Of a stretch of DNA of 64,000 bases, positions 26,016 to 39,140 are shown in pieces. A program made the translations under genes and the position numbers. The notes under the pieces were generated by a model, which did not search any database, was not told the DNA's origin, and saw nothing but the letters and a program-made list of their open reading frames with translations. Every line of letters starts with the position of its first letter. Positions within the stretch are counted from its first letter, which is position 1. Source of the DNA: Eutreptiella sp. 'Long Island Sound 2002' (lineage: Eukaryota; Protista; Euglenida); contig OZ038378.1 in assembly GCA_964036045.1 (NCBI GenBank), positions 18,166,001 to 18,230,000 on the forward strand, read 5' to 3'.

Positions 26016-26259
26016 CAGGGAGGGGGAGAATTTTGCGCCGAGTCAAATTCGCGGTGGTAAATTTCGCTGTGGAAAATTTCGCAGAGCCCCCTGGGTTGAG
26101 TGGATCCTGCCCCCGCCAGAGTCCACAGTGTGTACTGCTGGTGTGCGAGAAATTCGCGGAGAACCCGGAATTTCGCGTGGGAAATTTCGCGGTCAATTTG
26201 AAACGCGAAATTTCCCACGCGAAATTAAAGTGCCACGAAAATCCCCCCCCCCCCCCCTG
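26016..26259. mobile_element. Tc1/mariner/pogo-type MITE with TA target-site duplication
   Basis: TA|CAGGGAGGGGG ... CCCCCCCCCTG|TA (TA at 26014-26015 and 26260-26261). The interior has many AA(A)TT(T)CGC motifs in both orientations. Confidence 0.8.
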
Positions 26260-27379
26260 TAGTCGCACCTGTCTGGTTGTGCACGTGTGCACCTTTATGG
26301 CTGGAACGTTAATCACAAAAGTGTGGGGGGTATTCATGAAGGCATGACAGTAGACCGACCACAGCATCTAGCCTAATGTTCAAAGCGGTTCCAGGAGATT
26401 TTGGGCCTGCTGCAGAGAAGTGTTGGTCGCATGAAGAACCTGGCGGTTGCTGCACAGTGGAGAGCCCCCCCCTTCGGGTCTCTTCAGGTTCACAACCGGA
26501 GCCCTGAGCACAGAAGTCGGCTCTGACCAGCAGAGCGTCGAAGGAATGAATATCACAAGGCTGCGTCACGGGCATCGCGGTGTTGAACCCTCTGTGTGTC
26601 CCGATCGCAGAGGTCATTGTACTGAGGCCCCTTGCCTCAGTACAATCCTTTGCGGTCCCCTTACCTACCCCGCATGCCCCCCAGGGGACATGCAATGCAC
26701 AGCGGTGCGATGCAGCGGTGCGGCGACTCCCACACCCTCTGTTCCGCCGCAAGAGCTCACGTGCCGACTCAGCCTCATTTGATCATCAATCGTCACAAGC
26801 ACAAGGCGACCGTTCTGCCTGCGTTGCCGCGCCGCACCCCCCCCGCGCCCAATCCTCTGAGGCATCAGAGGGACGGCACGATACGCGGGTGGAAACCGAC
26901 ACTACCACTGAGCTCTCTTGTCCAGGGTACGGCCAGGCCAAGTTGCAGGAGTCCAGTGACTGAACGCCGTAAAGGCTGAAGGAGTATGCCGGCTGGTACT
27001 TCCAGGTGTACGTACGTGTGCGCCTTTTGATGAAGGAACACTTGTGGATGGGTGGGTGGGGTGCCCACGCATTGGGTTGGGGGTCGTGAGGGAGGGTTCA
27101 GAAAAACCGCGAGCCGTGGGCAGCCTGCTGGGCTACCGAATAGCCGGGGGGGCATTGCCTTTCCTGTGTCAGAAGGAACAGTTGTCCCGCTACTCACAAG
27201 CGCTGCTTCTGCCCCTTGGCGTCCCTGCCATGCCGCCGGCGGCCATGCTCCACATAAAGTCTTTGGATGGAAGGTTTGGTTGGGTTGGGGTGTGTGGGTG
27301 TGGGCGAGGGAGAGCAACCCCATGCGATGCACGGCCCAGCAGCAGCGAGCCTGCGAAGGGCCTGCGGATATCGGTCTCA

Positions 27380-27780
27380 GCCACAGGTCACTCCTTGTTG
27401 ACGTCGAAAGGCGCGCACGTGCGCTGTGGCCGCATGCGGCCCGGCCCGCAGGCCACATGTACCTTCGTCGCGTCGCAATGCGCACGCGTACGAGTGCGAA
27501 TGGCATAGTCAAGCGAGAATTCAGCCACAAGCCCCCCCGCCCCCCGGCGCGGTACACCATCAATGGCACCTGCTTACGAGTAGGGGAACCGTTACTCCTG
27601 AGCAGTATTCCCGAACCATTACATGAACCAGTACACTGTAATGGTTCCCTGAACCCCCCCCTGCATAGTGCACTGCACAATATGCCTAGCTGGTGTGCAA
27701 GCGCCAGTACGAAAGGGCCGGTCATCAAATGGCTGGACTGTCAGAGGGCATCGCGGAGGCCCCAGATCAACAGACAAAAA
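27380..27780 (-). mobile_element. Degenerate LINE-like 3' fragment related to the end of the 37414-38795 insert
   Basis: Minus frame has RCPL...RHIVQC (zf-RVT-like) and AHCD...PGRMRPQ. Compare AHCRD...PARMRPQ at ~38715-38775. Nucleotide similarity gtggccgcatgcg...cccgcagg. Confidence 0.4.
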
Positions 27781-27883
27781 TGAAATGTGGACTGCGGACT
27801 GAGAGCCAAGGCAAACATCTAGAAGGGTCATGCTGAGTCTGAGAAGGCATAGCATAGCTTGATTGGAGGGGAAGTGGGTGCAA

Positions 27884-27916
<33 letters not shown>

Positions 27917-30152
27917 CGTGTGTGTGTGTGTGTGCTTCACATCTTCCGCAGTCCTCGTCGAAAAAGATGAGATATCTTGCGATGGGCTCACGACGCTGTG
28001 CGTCTGTGGGTGTCGTGGATCCAAGTACCGAGCAAGACTCGTTGGCAGCGATGGCGATATCCCTTGTCCTGATGCTGTGCGTAGCACTCAGGCCATTGCT
28101 CAAGCCCCCGGGCGGGGGGAGCGGGCTGACCCTAGCCGACCGACCGACCCACCCACATCAGAAAAATTTTCCTCAGGACAACAACGGAAATCTCATTAAA
28201 GGGGCCCGAATTTGGAGGCCGATTGTAGGTGCTTGGGTGCAAACACGTGTTTTTGCACTCGGAACCCCGCGCCCCCATGGGGGTGGGTGTTTTTTGCCGC
28301 TAGACAATGGCCTAGAAGGACTGGCCGTCCTGCACACAGCATCAGGCGCGATGGTCCAGCAGAGTGCCTTCGAGGGGGCAAGAGGTGCCCCGGGCATCAC
28401 CCCTGCGCTAACAGCCCTGAGGCGGCCCACGGCCACTGGCGGTACTTCCCTGGCCCAGTCTGTGAGTCGGGACACCGTTCAGTCACCAACAATCAATGAT
28501 TGGCAACAGCAGCACAGCCCAATGGTCCACTGCCCAGGACCACATGCCTTTTGCTGAGCGGCTTTGCAAAGCCGAAGGAAGTGTGCCGCCGGCGCCAGCT
28601 ACAGCCCCACCTGAGCGACTCTGTTCTGCCTCTTTTCAGTCCCCCAGCACCGCCCCGCTGCCAAACTCCAAACTGAAGCACAACACAAGAACCATCCCCC
28701 CACCCCTTTCGCCTGAAGGCGACCTCGAACAAATTGCGGCGTAAACTAGGCTCCTGGTCTCACGGAAGGGCGGTGCCACACAGGTCGTTGGGTCATTCTT
28801 AGGTAGGTTATGGGTTGTGGGGCCTCACCCTTTGTGGTACGGACTCCCACGAGATGTATTCCGCCAGTTTGCTTGGATGTCATGAAGCTCTGGGGACCCT
28901 CTTCTGACTGCACATCGTATAGATCAGAGCGCCTCTTGCGCGTCATACCGAGAGGTCCAGAAGAGGCTGAACACACAGTGCGAGAAACGATGCGATCAAA
29001 GACGTGGACATCATTCCAAGAGCACACAGGCACGCTGTCAACGAACTCGCAGGCAGTCCTGTGCCTAGCATGGGATCAGCTGGCACTGACCGAAAAAGCC
29101 AGGACAACAGGCGCACAGGGGGGGATAAAATCATGCAAATGGACTGGTTAATATAATTGGTGGTACCCACTTGTTCGATTTTTGTGGGAGGAACTCTAAA
29201 AGTGTTGGCAATCAAAGCTGCGCATGGCCTGCTCATCGTGCATCCCATGTGAGCTGCAATGTGTCTCTTTCTACAAAAATGGAAGATTCTAGTACGGCAA
29301 AATGCTTCTTCTGGAAAATTAGGGATGGGGAACACTGTGGCCGTACCAAAATTTTCCAGAGAAATATTCCCCTCTGTACCAACAAAAGAGCCAGTGATTT
29401 GACTACTATTTGATATTTGATACCCCGCCCACCCGTCGTCTCCTGTATCCAGCAAGGGGGGCTGGCTTTGTATGAGCTGTTCCCCCGTGCTTTGTCTAGT
29501 GCATTAATTGGCTGCACTACTGTGGCAAGCCTGATACCTCACCCCCAATGGATGAATCACATCAACGTATATGGCGGTAACAATAATTTGCCCCATGGTT
29601 CGTGTACTCAGTCACAATTTAAGGGGGAAAAGTGCTACACTCGTGGCCCATCGTCCTGTCTGCCCTTCACCATGAGAGAGGGCAGATGCAAGATGGCACA
29701 ACGAACGATGCGGACGATGAGATGGTCCACAGCCTGCAAGCCAACACAAGTAAAGTGCCGTATATGGCCCCTCTTGTGAGCACCAAATACATGGTTGTGG
29801 GAGAGTCCCAGTTGATGTCCCCAATTCAGAACAATGGGCATTGTCTTGGAACTGTTCACAGGAGCATGGTGTTGTTGGGGCCCAACTTGAAGCCAGGTCG
29901 AATCTAGGGTTGGGTAACGCTGTGGCGCTGGTGCTGTCCCAAGTCTGGGGTACGTGAAACACCCGAGCACTGCCCAAAAACCAAGGCTGTTGCTGCTCAC
30001 AACCTCCGGGTGCAACTGATGCTAATCCTAATCCACGGTTTCCCCCAAAATCCCTGCATTACCGCGGTGGAATCCCTCACTTGGGGTCAGGCATGGAGGC
30101 AGCCCCAAACCCAGGGTCGGGTGAAACCCTGGTGCTATGCCAAACATGCTTG

Positions 30153-30182
30153 TGCCAACACCTGCCATGGCAGGTGTTGGCA
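30153..30182. repeat. Perfect 30-bp palindrome
   Basis: TGCCAACACCTGCCA|TGGCAGGTGTTGGCA, embedded in ggcaggtgt-type repeats (also ~30820-30900). Confidence 0.95.
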
Positions 30183-30649
30183 GGCGTCGGCAGGTGACAG
30201 CAGGTGTTACAATATTTTTTGACGGGTTTCGGTAGGTGTCAGGCAGTTTGACAGATGCGCGCGCACCCACACACATACACACACGAGTGTCACAGGAAAC
30301 CACCTACGACCGCCACTACCCCTGTCCAGGACTCCCTTGCAGGGGCAGGTCCAGGACTCCTTTTCCAAGGGCGGAGGGGTGCACCGGGCCGCTCCGACTG
30401 AGGGTAGGGCATCGAAATCACAACTGTCGCTCCTACTCAGTAGGCGGGCGCACACACGCAACGAGCATAGGGATGAGTACGGGCGTAAGCACGACAGTCG
30501 GGCAAGGGCACGGGCGTGTGCACAACAGTCAGCGAGCACGTAGGCATCGCAAGGGCAGGAAAAAGGCGCAAGTGATGCACGAGGCCTGTCCAGAGGGCCA
30601 GATGGTGCCCTGTCTTCTTTGAGGCCTGTGCTGTCGTCTGCCTATCAGT

Positions 30650-30653
30650 GCAC

Positions 30654-30709
<56 letters not shown>

Positions 30710-30720
30710 ATACTTACATA
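30650..30720. repeat. (CA)n microsatellite (others at ~27890-27935 and ~31861-31890)
   Basis: Directly visible. Confidence 0.95.
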
Positions 30721-31857
30721 CATATGACCCATACAGCGCAGCGCAGTGACACAAATCAGAACACACTGACCCCCTGCATCCACGCACATGACACAGCCGG
30801 AGGAGATGGCAGCACGAGTCCCGGCAGGTGTCTGCACGTGTCACAAAAAGGTTTGACAGGGGTAGGCAGGGGTCTGCAAACGTTTCGGCAGGTGTTGGTG
30901 CCACATATCAGACCAAACTGCGAAGAGTACGGTCAAGGCAACCAAGCAAGTAATGCCCTGGCCGCTCCCCCTTTTCCTGAAATGAGGCTGCGTGCCACCG
31001 CGCGCGCAGTTGACGATTAAAGTCAGCCACATGGACTGATGAGGTCTACGACAGCACCCCCTTCAAATGCAGAGAGGGTGCCTGCAGCTGGACGCAGCTA
31101 CGGCTGCGTGTAATTGCCAGGCATGCGGGACTGGAATGTCGCATGTATTTACTGAGATGACGCGTGGACAGACTGAAACATGGGGGGCACTGACGTACTG
31201 AAACATTGCGTGTACCTTATGAGGCGGCTCGCGTCTTTGGGGCAGTCTTGTTGAATTGCAAAGGGGCAGGCAGGCCCTGACAGTTGGATGGCAGGACTTA
31301 CTGACATGGGCTATGGGTGGAGGGTGGACGGGGCACATGCAGCATGGCCGGACAGACCTGATGCAGTAAAGAAACGCCATGGTGCTGCTGGTGAGGACGG
31401 TGCAGCCAAAGGCAACCAGTGGCATGTCGTTGTGTGCCATGCATTGATCACAAAGACCGTCCCGTTCGCAGCCGTAGCACATTATGTACGACAGTCCACC
31501 TGAGGACATGCACCATCCACATGCATCGCCGTCCTGTGCACCGCAGGGACCGAAAATGGAAACTTACCGTGAATAGCAAAGCATCCATGTGTGCCTGGCA
31601 AGGGGCATAGCTCTGGGGAGCAAGGGATGTAGTACTGCACACGACGCATCCTTCCCCCCAACAGGGAGCGGTGCATGCTAGACGAGCCAGGAATCAACCA
31701 TCCCGACCCACCCCAACCCCCACGTTCATTTCAAGGGGGGCACTACATTCAAATTGGAGACTCTGCCCATGTTGGAACATTTTGGGAACCGGACAGGAGG
31801 GGGGGGGGGGGGGGCTGTAAGGGGCACAGGTTTGGTGAGCAGGTTGGGAGGATATCC

Positions 31858-31893
<36 letters not shown>

Positions 31894-33562
31894 TTGGTTT
31901 TAAATTTCTGGATACCCAGGCTAAAATTCCCATGTATGAGCTGGGGTGGGAGGGCCACCTCTCTGCTCTGAGGTGGCACCCGTGACTGCAACATCCTTGC
32001 AAGGTGTGTTGCCCGCTGCCCGTTGCCCGTTGCCCGTTGCAGTGTGCGTGGGGCTGCACTCCCCCATGCTCCCAGACCTGTGCCTGATACGGCCACAGAG
32101 GGATTTTCAATCCTCAGTGGGATTTGGTTTTTTTGTGTCCGGCTACAAAGGCTCCACGGCATGAGCTGGCATGCTTTTCTTCGAGACCCAATGGGCAACG
32201 GCGACTGTGCAACGATGTTGCCCACCGCCCATTTGCCCATTGTCTCGTGCCCCACATTGTAACCCACAACAATTCGCACTACATACCCCATCCCGATGCC
32301 AAGCAGGTGTGCCTCGCCAACCTTTGCACCCTTATCTTTTAAGAATACGCCGACTTCGTGTGCGATAGTGCCTGTGTCACGGGTGCCAATCGCGCTTGGG
32401 TTGTCAGCAGCCCATCTGCGGCTGCCCACTCCTCCACAATGCAAGACAAAGTGTGAACCGATGGAATGGGTGCCGATATGTGCCGCAATGCCACAAGTTG
32501 GATTGGCCCCGCATCATGCGACAATACGGCGGGTGGCCATGAGCCGCCACGGCCTGCATCAATGAACATGCTGCGATACAACACATAGCACAGCACTCTT
32601 GCCCACAAACACCACCAGTGCCACAGGCAAAGGCACCAAACTAGGGACCGCACAGCACCCCAACTGCGATTTCCACCACCGGGGAAAAGCAAGCGTGTGG
32701 TATGTGTGTGACCGCCCAACCGCAAAAAATAGGCCTCCATGTGTGCGCATGGGAAGGACAACCCACAGCACCCTCGGTAATGCAACAGAACCATGCAAGG
32801 TTTCAACATTGCAAAGGAGGAAAAGTGGAAGCCTGGCTGGCCCCATTTTCAAAGCAAAAAGCGGCCCTGCTCCCCAAAAATTGAACTGCTGCATGGATCC
32901 CACTGCCTAACGCGCTCATGCAACAATACTCATGCCACCCTGAAGCGCATCCCTGCTCCACCCCAAGCAGGCCATTGCTTACGGACTTCGCGGGAGCGGG
33001 GTGGTTATTTGGGGCCCTGGCCAGCTGCGGCCGATCCTCATCAAAAAAAATTCCCCAGGAAAGAATGAAATCTACGAAAGAGGCTTGGGATTGGATACTG
33101 ATCTGAGGTACACAAATTGTTTTGGTATCTGACCCGACAAAGCAATGACCTGAACCCAAGAAAGGGCATGCATGGTGGCTAATGCCTTTGTTGTAAATGT
33201 GAGAATCAAACCAATGGTGACCCGAAGAATTTTGTACTTGTTGTTGTCTTGAGCCTGAGGGCCCAATCAATGGAAGGAGTTGTCACCGAAGGAACCTTTT
33301 TGTTGTAAACCTGAGTGCACAAAATTAGCAAACTTTGGGGGCACGAACTTTTCAACTTTTGAAAACAAAACCCTCGGATTGCAATACACACCGCTCACGC
33401 TCATCATTCCAACAATGCCCAGAATGGGGAACCCCATCAATGAGGAGCCCTCCGCCCCCTATTGAACCCCCACGTCCTGCCCACCCCTGAATGCCTGCGG
33501 GCATGGCCATTGAGAAGGGGTCAACCGTGGACAAGAAAGGGATGCAAGCTGACAGCACTGCT

Positions 33563-33921
33563 GGCTGCCATCAATCCCGCCCTATGCCCTGCCAACTGCC
33601 ATCGGTTGCCCTCCGAACGTCTTGTGTCACTCACCCACGGCTGTTGGTTACCTCACAACCGGCTCCGTGTGACAGATGCCAGATTTTTCTTCTTCTTTAC
33701 TATCAAAGACTGCCCTGGGCAGGACGCACACAACACGTCGTGCCCAGTGCCAGCACATTGGCAAGGGCATGGCAGTAACTGCGCACAATGTACCGGTCAG
33801 CGGATCTCCCGGGTACAGAAATACCGCAACTGCAACCGACCGGCACATGTTGTGCGCAGATGGGGCAGTCTTTTAGGACCCGGTTTCTTTGCTTCCTTTC
33901 ATGTGCTCAAGGCTGCCCCCA
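33563..33921 (+). repeat. ~360-bp unit, order A-B
   Basis: Segment A (ccatcaatccc...cccagtgcc, 33568-33751) then B (cagtgccagcac...aaggctgccccca, 33745-33921). Near-identical to 34752-35127 on the minus strand but in the opposite segment order. Confidence 0.9.
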
Positions 33922-34751
33922 CTGCGATACATGAAAATCTGACGTGTGCTGCGCGGCTCGCACGCATTGCGCAGCCGCACCGGCTATTTTCTCCGCCAAC
34001 CTGTGTCAATTCCAGAGAGATGGAAGCAGATACCTGTGGTGGTTGCAATCAAAGCCACTATATGGCAGAATACACGAAGGTAATTAACTTCCGCGATCAC
34101 ACATGGCGAGGTCTTCATGTTGATACCCAAGAGGAAAATGTTTCCAACCTGTCATGAATACGGCAACCGGGATGAAGCAAGACCTGTGACGGCCACCACC
34201 ACGCTCATGGCACCACCCACACCCCCAACCACGTCATACTAGAAGATCTAAAAATCAGTGCAGTAAGGCAGGCCACCCACATCCGGATACAGGGCACAGA
34301 GAGGCTAAGCCTGCCACGCACGCCACGCATGCAGGCAATCCTGAAATGTAGTCAGGCAGGCAAGCCTCACAGCACACCCCGCAATGCCCCATGCATACCA
34401 ATAGGGATGGCACAAGGATCACAGGGTAAGTTTGGTAAAAGCACATGATGGCACCGAGTAAGATCTTCACGTGGAAAACGATGATCAAGACGTGCGGCTT
34501 AGTCAGCGTGACCTGCTCATCAACGTCTGCAGACGGATGCGATGCAAGATCGGGCGAGCGAAGAGATGCTGACCCGACATATCAATTGAAAGGAAACAGC
34601 GCTGTAACGACCCGACATTAGCGTGTGCCCTTCGGTGCGTTGTACGATAGTTCCAGAAAGTAGCTTCTGAGGAATTCTTTTGGTCTCAATTGGGGGGGGG
34701 GGGGGCTGATTAGAGCCCAGTCCCCAAATCAGCCACCCTTCAAAAAAGGCC

Positions 34752-35127
34752 GGCACTGGGCAGGATGTGTTGTGTGCGTCCTGCCCAGGGCAGTCTTTAA
34801 TAGTCAAGAAGAAGAAAAATCTGGCATCTGTCACACGGAGCCGGCGGTTGTGAGGTAACCAACAGCCGTGGGTGAGTGACAGAAGACGTTCGGAGGGCAA
34901 CCGATGGCAGTTGGCAGGGCATAGGGCGGGATTGATGGGGGCCGCCTTGGGCACATGAAAAAGGAAGCAAAGAAACCGGGTCCTTCAGGACCGCCCCAGA
35001 TATGCGTAACATCTGCGCACAACATGTGCCGGTCGGTTGCAGTTGCGGTCTTTCTGTACCCGGGAGATCCGCTGACCGGTACATTGTGCGCAGTCACTGC
35101 CATGCCCTTGCCAATGTGCTGGCACTG
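34752..35127 (-). repeat. ~375-bp unit, order B-A (circular permutation of 33563-33921)
   Basis: Minus strand starts cagtgccagcacattgg (B), passes aaggcggcccccatcaatccc into A and ends cccagtgcc. CAGTGCC occurs at both ends. Confidence 0.9.
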
Positions 35128-35984
35128 CCCCGCTCGTTTGAGAGGGACCCTTCGTGCGGGAGGAGGCGTACACGGACGTCCTCCCCATCGGCGTGATCTA
35201 GCAGTGGCTCATTGGACGGATGCTGCCACTTCATTTGAGGCGACTGCCCTGATGAGGCATGGGGCACCCCCAACGCGGCCCCTGTCCCGCGTGTGCCAGA
35301 GTGCGTGTTGATGCGAACGGGGGAGGGGGGCCCGAAGGGGCTGGAAAAAGACTAGGGACAGGGCGGGGCCAGAGCCAACAGGCCAACTGCCAAACCGCGC
35401 ACCGCTTTGCGGTTGCTCGCGCACTTCAAATGCAACGGTCCAGTCCCAACTCGTGTCCCTGGACCGCTGCTGAGATGAACAGGCTGGCCCGGTGCTGCGC
35501 CACTGTCCCTTTTGGCTGACCCCAGGGGGCGGGGTAACAGGGGTTAACGATTCTACGGATCATGTGCGGGGGGGCGGGGTGCAGGTACTGACCCGTGTCA
35601 TGTTCCTGGATCACCAAATTACAGCATGTGGTCTCCCCCCCTAAATCATGTTGACTGCCTCGGGAGCAGGCAGCAGATATCCGGCCTATTTGAAGAACAA
35701 CATCCTCACTGACTGTCGCTGACAGAAATGGAAAGAGAGGCTCGACGAATACCTGTAGTGCAGCCCAGGGAATGAGTTCTGCCCCTCTCTTGCTCACCCC
35801 CTCCGGCTCTGGCGGGCGGAGACCTGTTCCACTGCCTCGCCCCTGCGCGCTGCCCCCACTGCCTTTCATCTCCCCTGTCAAAGGGCAGCTGTGCATCACA
35901 CTCTGTGCCAAGAGCCAGCCCCTCGTGCAGAGGAGTACAACGCAATGTTGTTGCTTTCATGCGTCATTGAGATCGAGTTTCAAT

Positions 35985-36105
<121 letters not shown>

Positions 36106-36499
36106 ATTGGGTGTAGAGGCCAGGGAGTGGCGACTTTGCCGTCAAGGCCAAGTAAAACTGCCGGTTGGTACGTCCGGATGTACACACTGGTTTCGGTTTT
36201 CAGGGGGAAATTGTTTGCATTGCCTCCCCCAAGCCACTGAGGAAAGTGGTTTTGGGAAGTGAGAGTGGGACACTCTGCTCACGAAGGCTGCTCCTGCCCC
36301 TTGGCGTCCGGCGCCGGCCATGCACCACATTCAGTCATTCCCACGACTGTGAAGGTTGGGGGAAACGTAACACAGGGCCGGGGGTCCATGTGCTATCTGC
36401 TTCGTCATGTGGGGGGGGGGGGGGGGCTTGCTGTATCCATTCTCTAACCATGTGCACCCCTTCTGACCACCACCCAAGAGCTCCCCCCACCCATGCTGC

Positions 36500-36830
36500 T
36501 AATGGTCCCCCCCCGGCTGTGATACTTGGGGATTCAATTGCATCAGCACCAGAGACGTGCACCTGCAAAAAGGGCCGTGGAAGTGGAAGGTCAGCACTGG
36601 CAATGGCAACACTCACGCTTTGCAATGCAAACCGTTGTCTGCGGCCAAGCTGCTGAAGCTCATTGCATCAACATCCACAGATTTTTGGATCCTCAATTCT
36701 TTTGTCAGCGTCGATGAGGAACATATGCTTACGATGTCCATGTTGACCATCTTCTGGGTCCCCAGGTTATGCAGGCTGGCGCTGTTCATCCCCGCAGTCA
36801 CCAAGAGAGAACAGACATAGTATAATAGCA
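36500..36830 (-). pseudogene. Possible degenerate leucine-rich-repeat (AMN1/F-box LRR-like) fragment
   Basis: SLHNLGTQKMVNMDIVSICSSSTLTKELRIQKSVDVDAMSFSSLAADNGL has LRR-like spacing. Judged by eye only. Confidence 0.25.
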
Positions 36831-37204
36831 ATAGGATAAGTGAGATGACCACATATACAATGTGGATACCTGTAGGCAGGGGCATGAGATCGGATGGCCT
36901 CTGGGACCTTATTGCCGCACTTCCGGTTGAATCCAGTTGCAATGATGATGGGGAGCCGATACTAGGGCTGTCCTTAAAAAGGGGGTGGGGGGGAGGGTTA
37001 ATAATGCCAACAAAACGTACGTTCATGGGAACACTCTCTGCTTCATAGTCAAGACATGGGCAACTCAAAAAACTACAGAAACAGATTGAACAATGTCGGC
37101 GGTTGGCGGCGGTTGGCGATTTCCGAGCAAATTCTATTGCCTTCGGCAAGTCCACCTCGCAGAGAATCTACTCCAAGAAACGCACACACAAAATAGGGAA
37201 AAAA

Positions 37205-39140
37205 CGACATAAATACGGCCTAAAACATGCTTTACATTGCTTGGATGGTCATTTTAAGTGATCACGGTATCAGAAAAATAAGTTTCGAAAACTTCGATTT
37301 CTGAGCTGCCCAGGGTGAAAAACTGCATAGGCAGGTTGTGTACCAATCCCTTGGGACCCCCCCCCCCCCCCCCAGCTAATACCCAAATAGGGTGAAAAAC
37401 ACGTAAATACGGCATTCGTCGATTAACGTCCACTGGTCTATGTACAGAGGCAGAGGGGCGGGGAGGTGGGCCGAGTCGAGTTCAGGCGCCCGTGTCCTCC
37501 CCTACAGGCCCCCCGCCTGAGCCTGTACGGCGGCCAGGAGGGACGAGCCAGAGGGGACTAAGTCTCTTCCGTGCTGGCCCTGCCGTGCTGCCGCCGCGGC
37601 GGCAGTGTAGACTGGGGTGGCGACGCCGCTGGAGGCGCGCCCGCCACTGGGTTAGTGGGGGGGGAGAGGGGGTCCTCTGCCGCTGCGCCGCCCATGGCCC
37701 GTGGGGAGGGCGGGCGCGCGCGCATCATGTCCACCACCGTCCTAGCGGCTTTTGGGGGGGGTCGTCGTGGCGCCCGCGGGGGGGGCCTCCGCCGAGGCGG
37801 CGCGCGGCTGCTCAGGGCCGCAGAGATGCGGCCGAACACGTCGGGTAGCGACGCCGGGGGTCGCTCTGCTAGGGAGGGGAGGGGGGGCTGCTGGGGGGGG
37901 GCGTCCTGTCGCAGCTCGGGCTCGGCCGAGGCCCCCGCTCCGGCTGGGGGGGAGGGGGGGGACGGTCCCGGTGCTGCGCCCCCCCCCACTGGCCGGGACA
38001 AGGGGGGCCCCTGAGGCCCCCCCCCCCACTCGGCGGCGCTCCCTCGGCCTCCCCGCGGGGGGGGAGCGCCAGGGGGGGTCGGTATCGGATTGGTTCCCCC
38101 CCCTGGTGGCTGGGGTGATAGGGGGTCCGCGGCCCCCTCACCCGACTCCCGGTGCGACATCCCCCCGGGGGCCCCCCGATTAGCCCGGTTAGGCGTCCGG
38201 CGCTTTGTGGGCCGGGAGGCGTCCTGCCCCGGGGCCGGGGGAGGGCGCGTGCCCAGCACCCTGGGCGGGGCCGCACACCGGCGCGCCGCCGGGGGGCCCG
38301 AGTCAGGGAGGGCCTGTGAAGCTGGGCGGGCCCGCCGTAGCCAGGAGGCCAATGCCGCCGGCCCCGCCCGTCGGGCCTCGGGGACGAGCACCTGGCGGCC
38401 CGGCGCGACCCGGGGAGGTACCACGGGGCAGCTCGAGCTCCCCGAGGGGCCCGCGTGGCCTGTGTGGCCTGCCCGGCAGCAGCGGCTGATGCCCCAGCCC
38501 AGGCTCCTGCAGCGGGCGCACGACGGCGCCCCGTGTACCAAGCATAGCGCGCCCTGCGTGCCACTGCCCGCCCCCGGGGGGCGGCTGCGTTGTGGGGCCG
38601 CTAGGGGGACGCTACGGGCCGGGGCCCGAGGGGGCCGTCGGGCATAGGGCAGCAGGGGGGGCCCCCCATCAGGGGGGCGGGGGAAGTAGTCCATGAGAAA
38701 GCGGTCACCGTGTTGTGGCCGCATGCGCGCCGGCGCCCGCAGGCGTCGGGCCCATGAGTCGCGGCAATGCGCCGCCAGGCGCATGAGCTGCAACATGAAA
38801 AACACGTAAATACGGCCTAAAACATGCTTTACATAGCTTGGATGGTCATTTTAAGTGATCATGGTATCAAAAAAATAAGTTTCGAAAACTTCAATTTTTG
38901 AGCTGCCCAGGGTGAAAAATTGCATCAGCAAGTTGTGTACCAATCCCTCTGGACCCCCCCCCCCCCCCCCCACCACCTAATACCCCAATAAGGGGAAAAA
39001 CACGTAAATACGGCCTAAAACATGCTTTACATAGCTTGGATGGTCATATTGTGTGGTCACAATATCATAAAAACAAGTTTCGAAAACTTCGATTTTTGAG
39101 CTGTCCGAGGTGAAAAACTGCATAAGCAGGTTGTGTACCG
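37205..39140. repeat. ~197-bp tandem repeat array interrupted by a GC-rich insertion
   Basis: The unit taaatacggcctaaaacatgctttaca...aagtttcgaaaactt...gttgtgtacc occurs at ~37205, ~38805 and ~39005. Confidence 0.9.
37414..38795 (-). mobile_element. Extremely GC-rich 1.38-kb insertion with 21-bp target-site duplication (probable 5'-truncated retroelement)
   Basis: TGAAAAACACGTAAATACGGC lies at 37393-37413 and at 38796-38816, directly flanking the insert inside the tandem array. Confidence 0.75.

Noticed and set aside
14761-35260. Hammerhead ribozymes at CTGANGA motifs (~14769, ~20955, ~31036, ~35249)
   Set aside because: None is followed by a stem II and the GAAA core at the required distance.
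37558-38805. 415-aa Pro/Arg/Gly-rich ORF as a host gene
   Set aside because: Open frames exist in nearly all registers because extreme GC content depletes stops; there is no domain, and it lies within a TSD-flanked insert.
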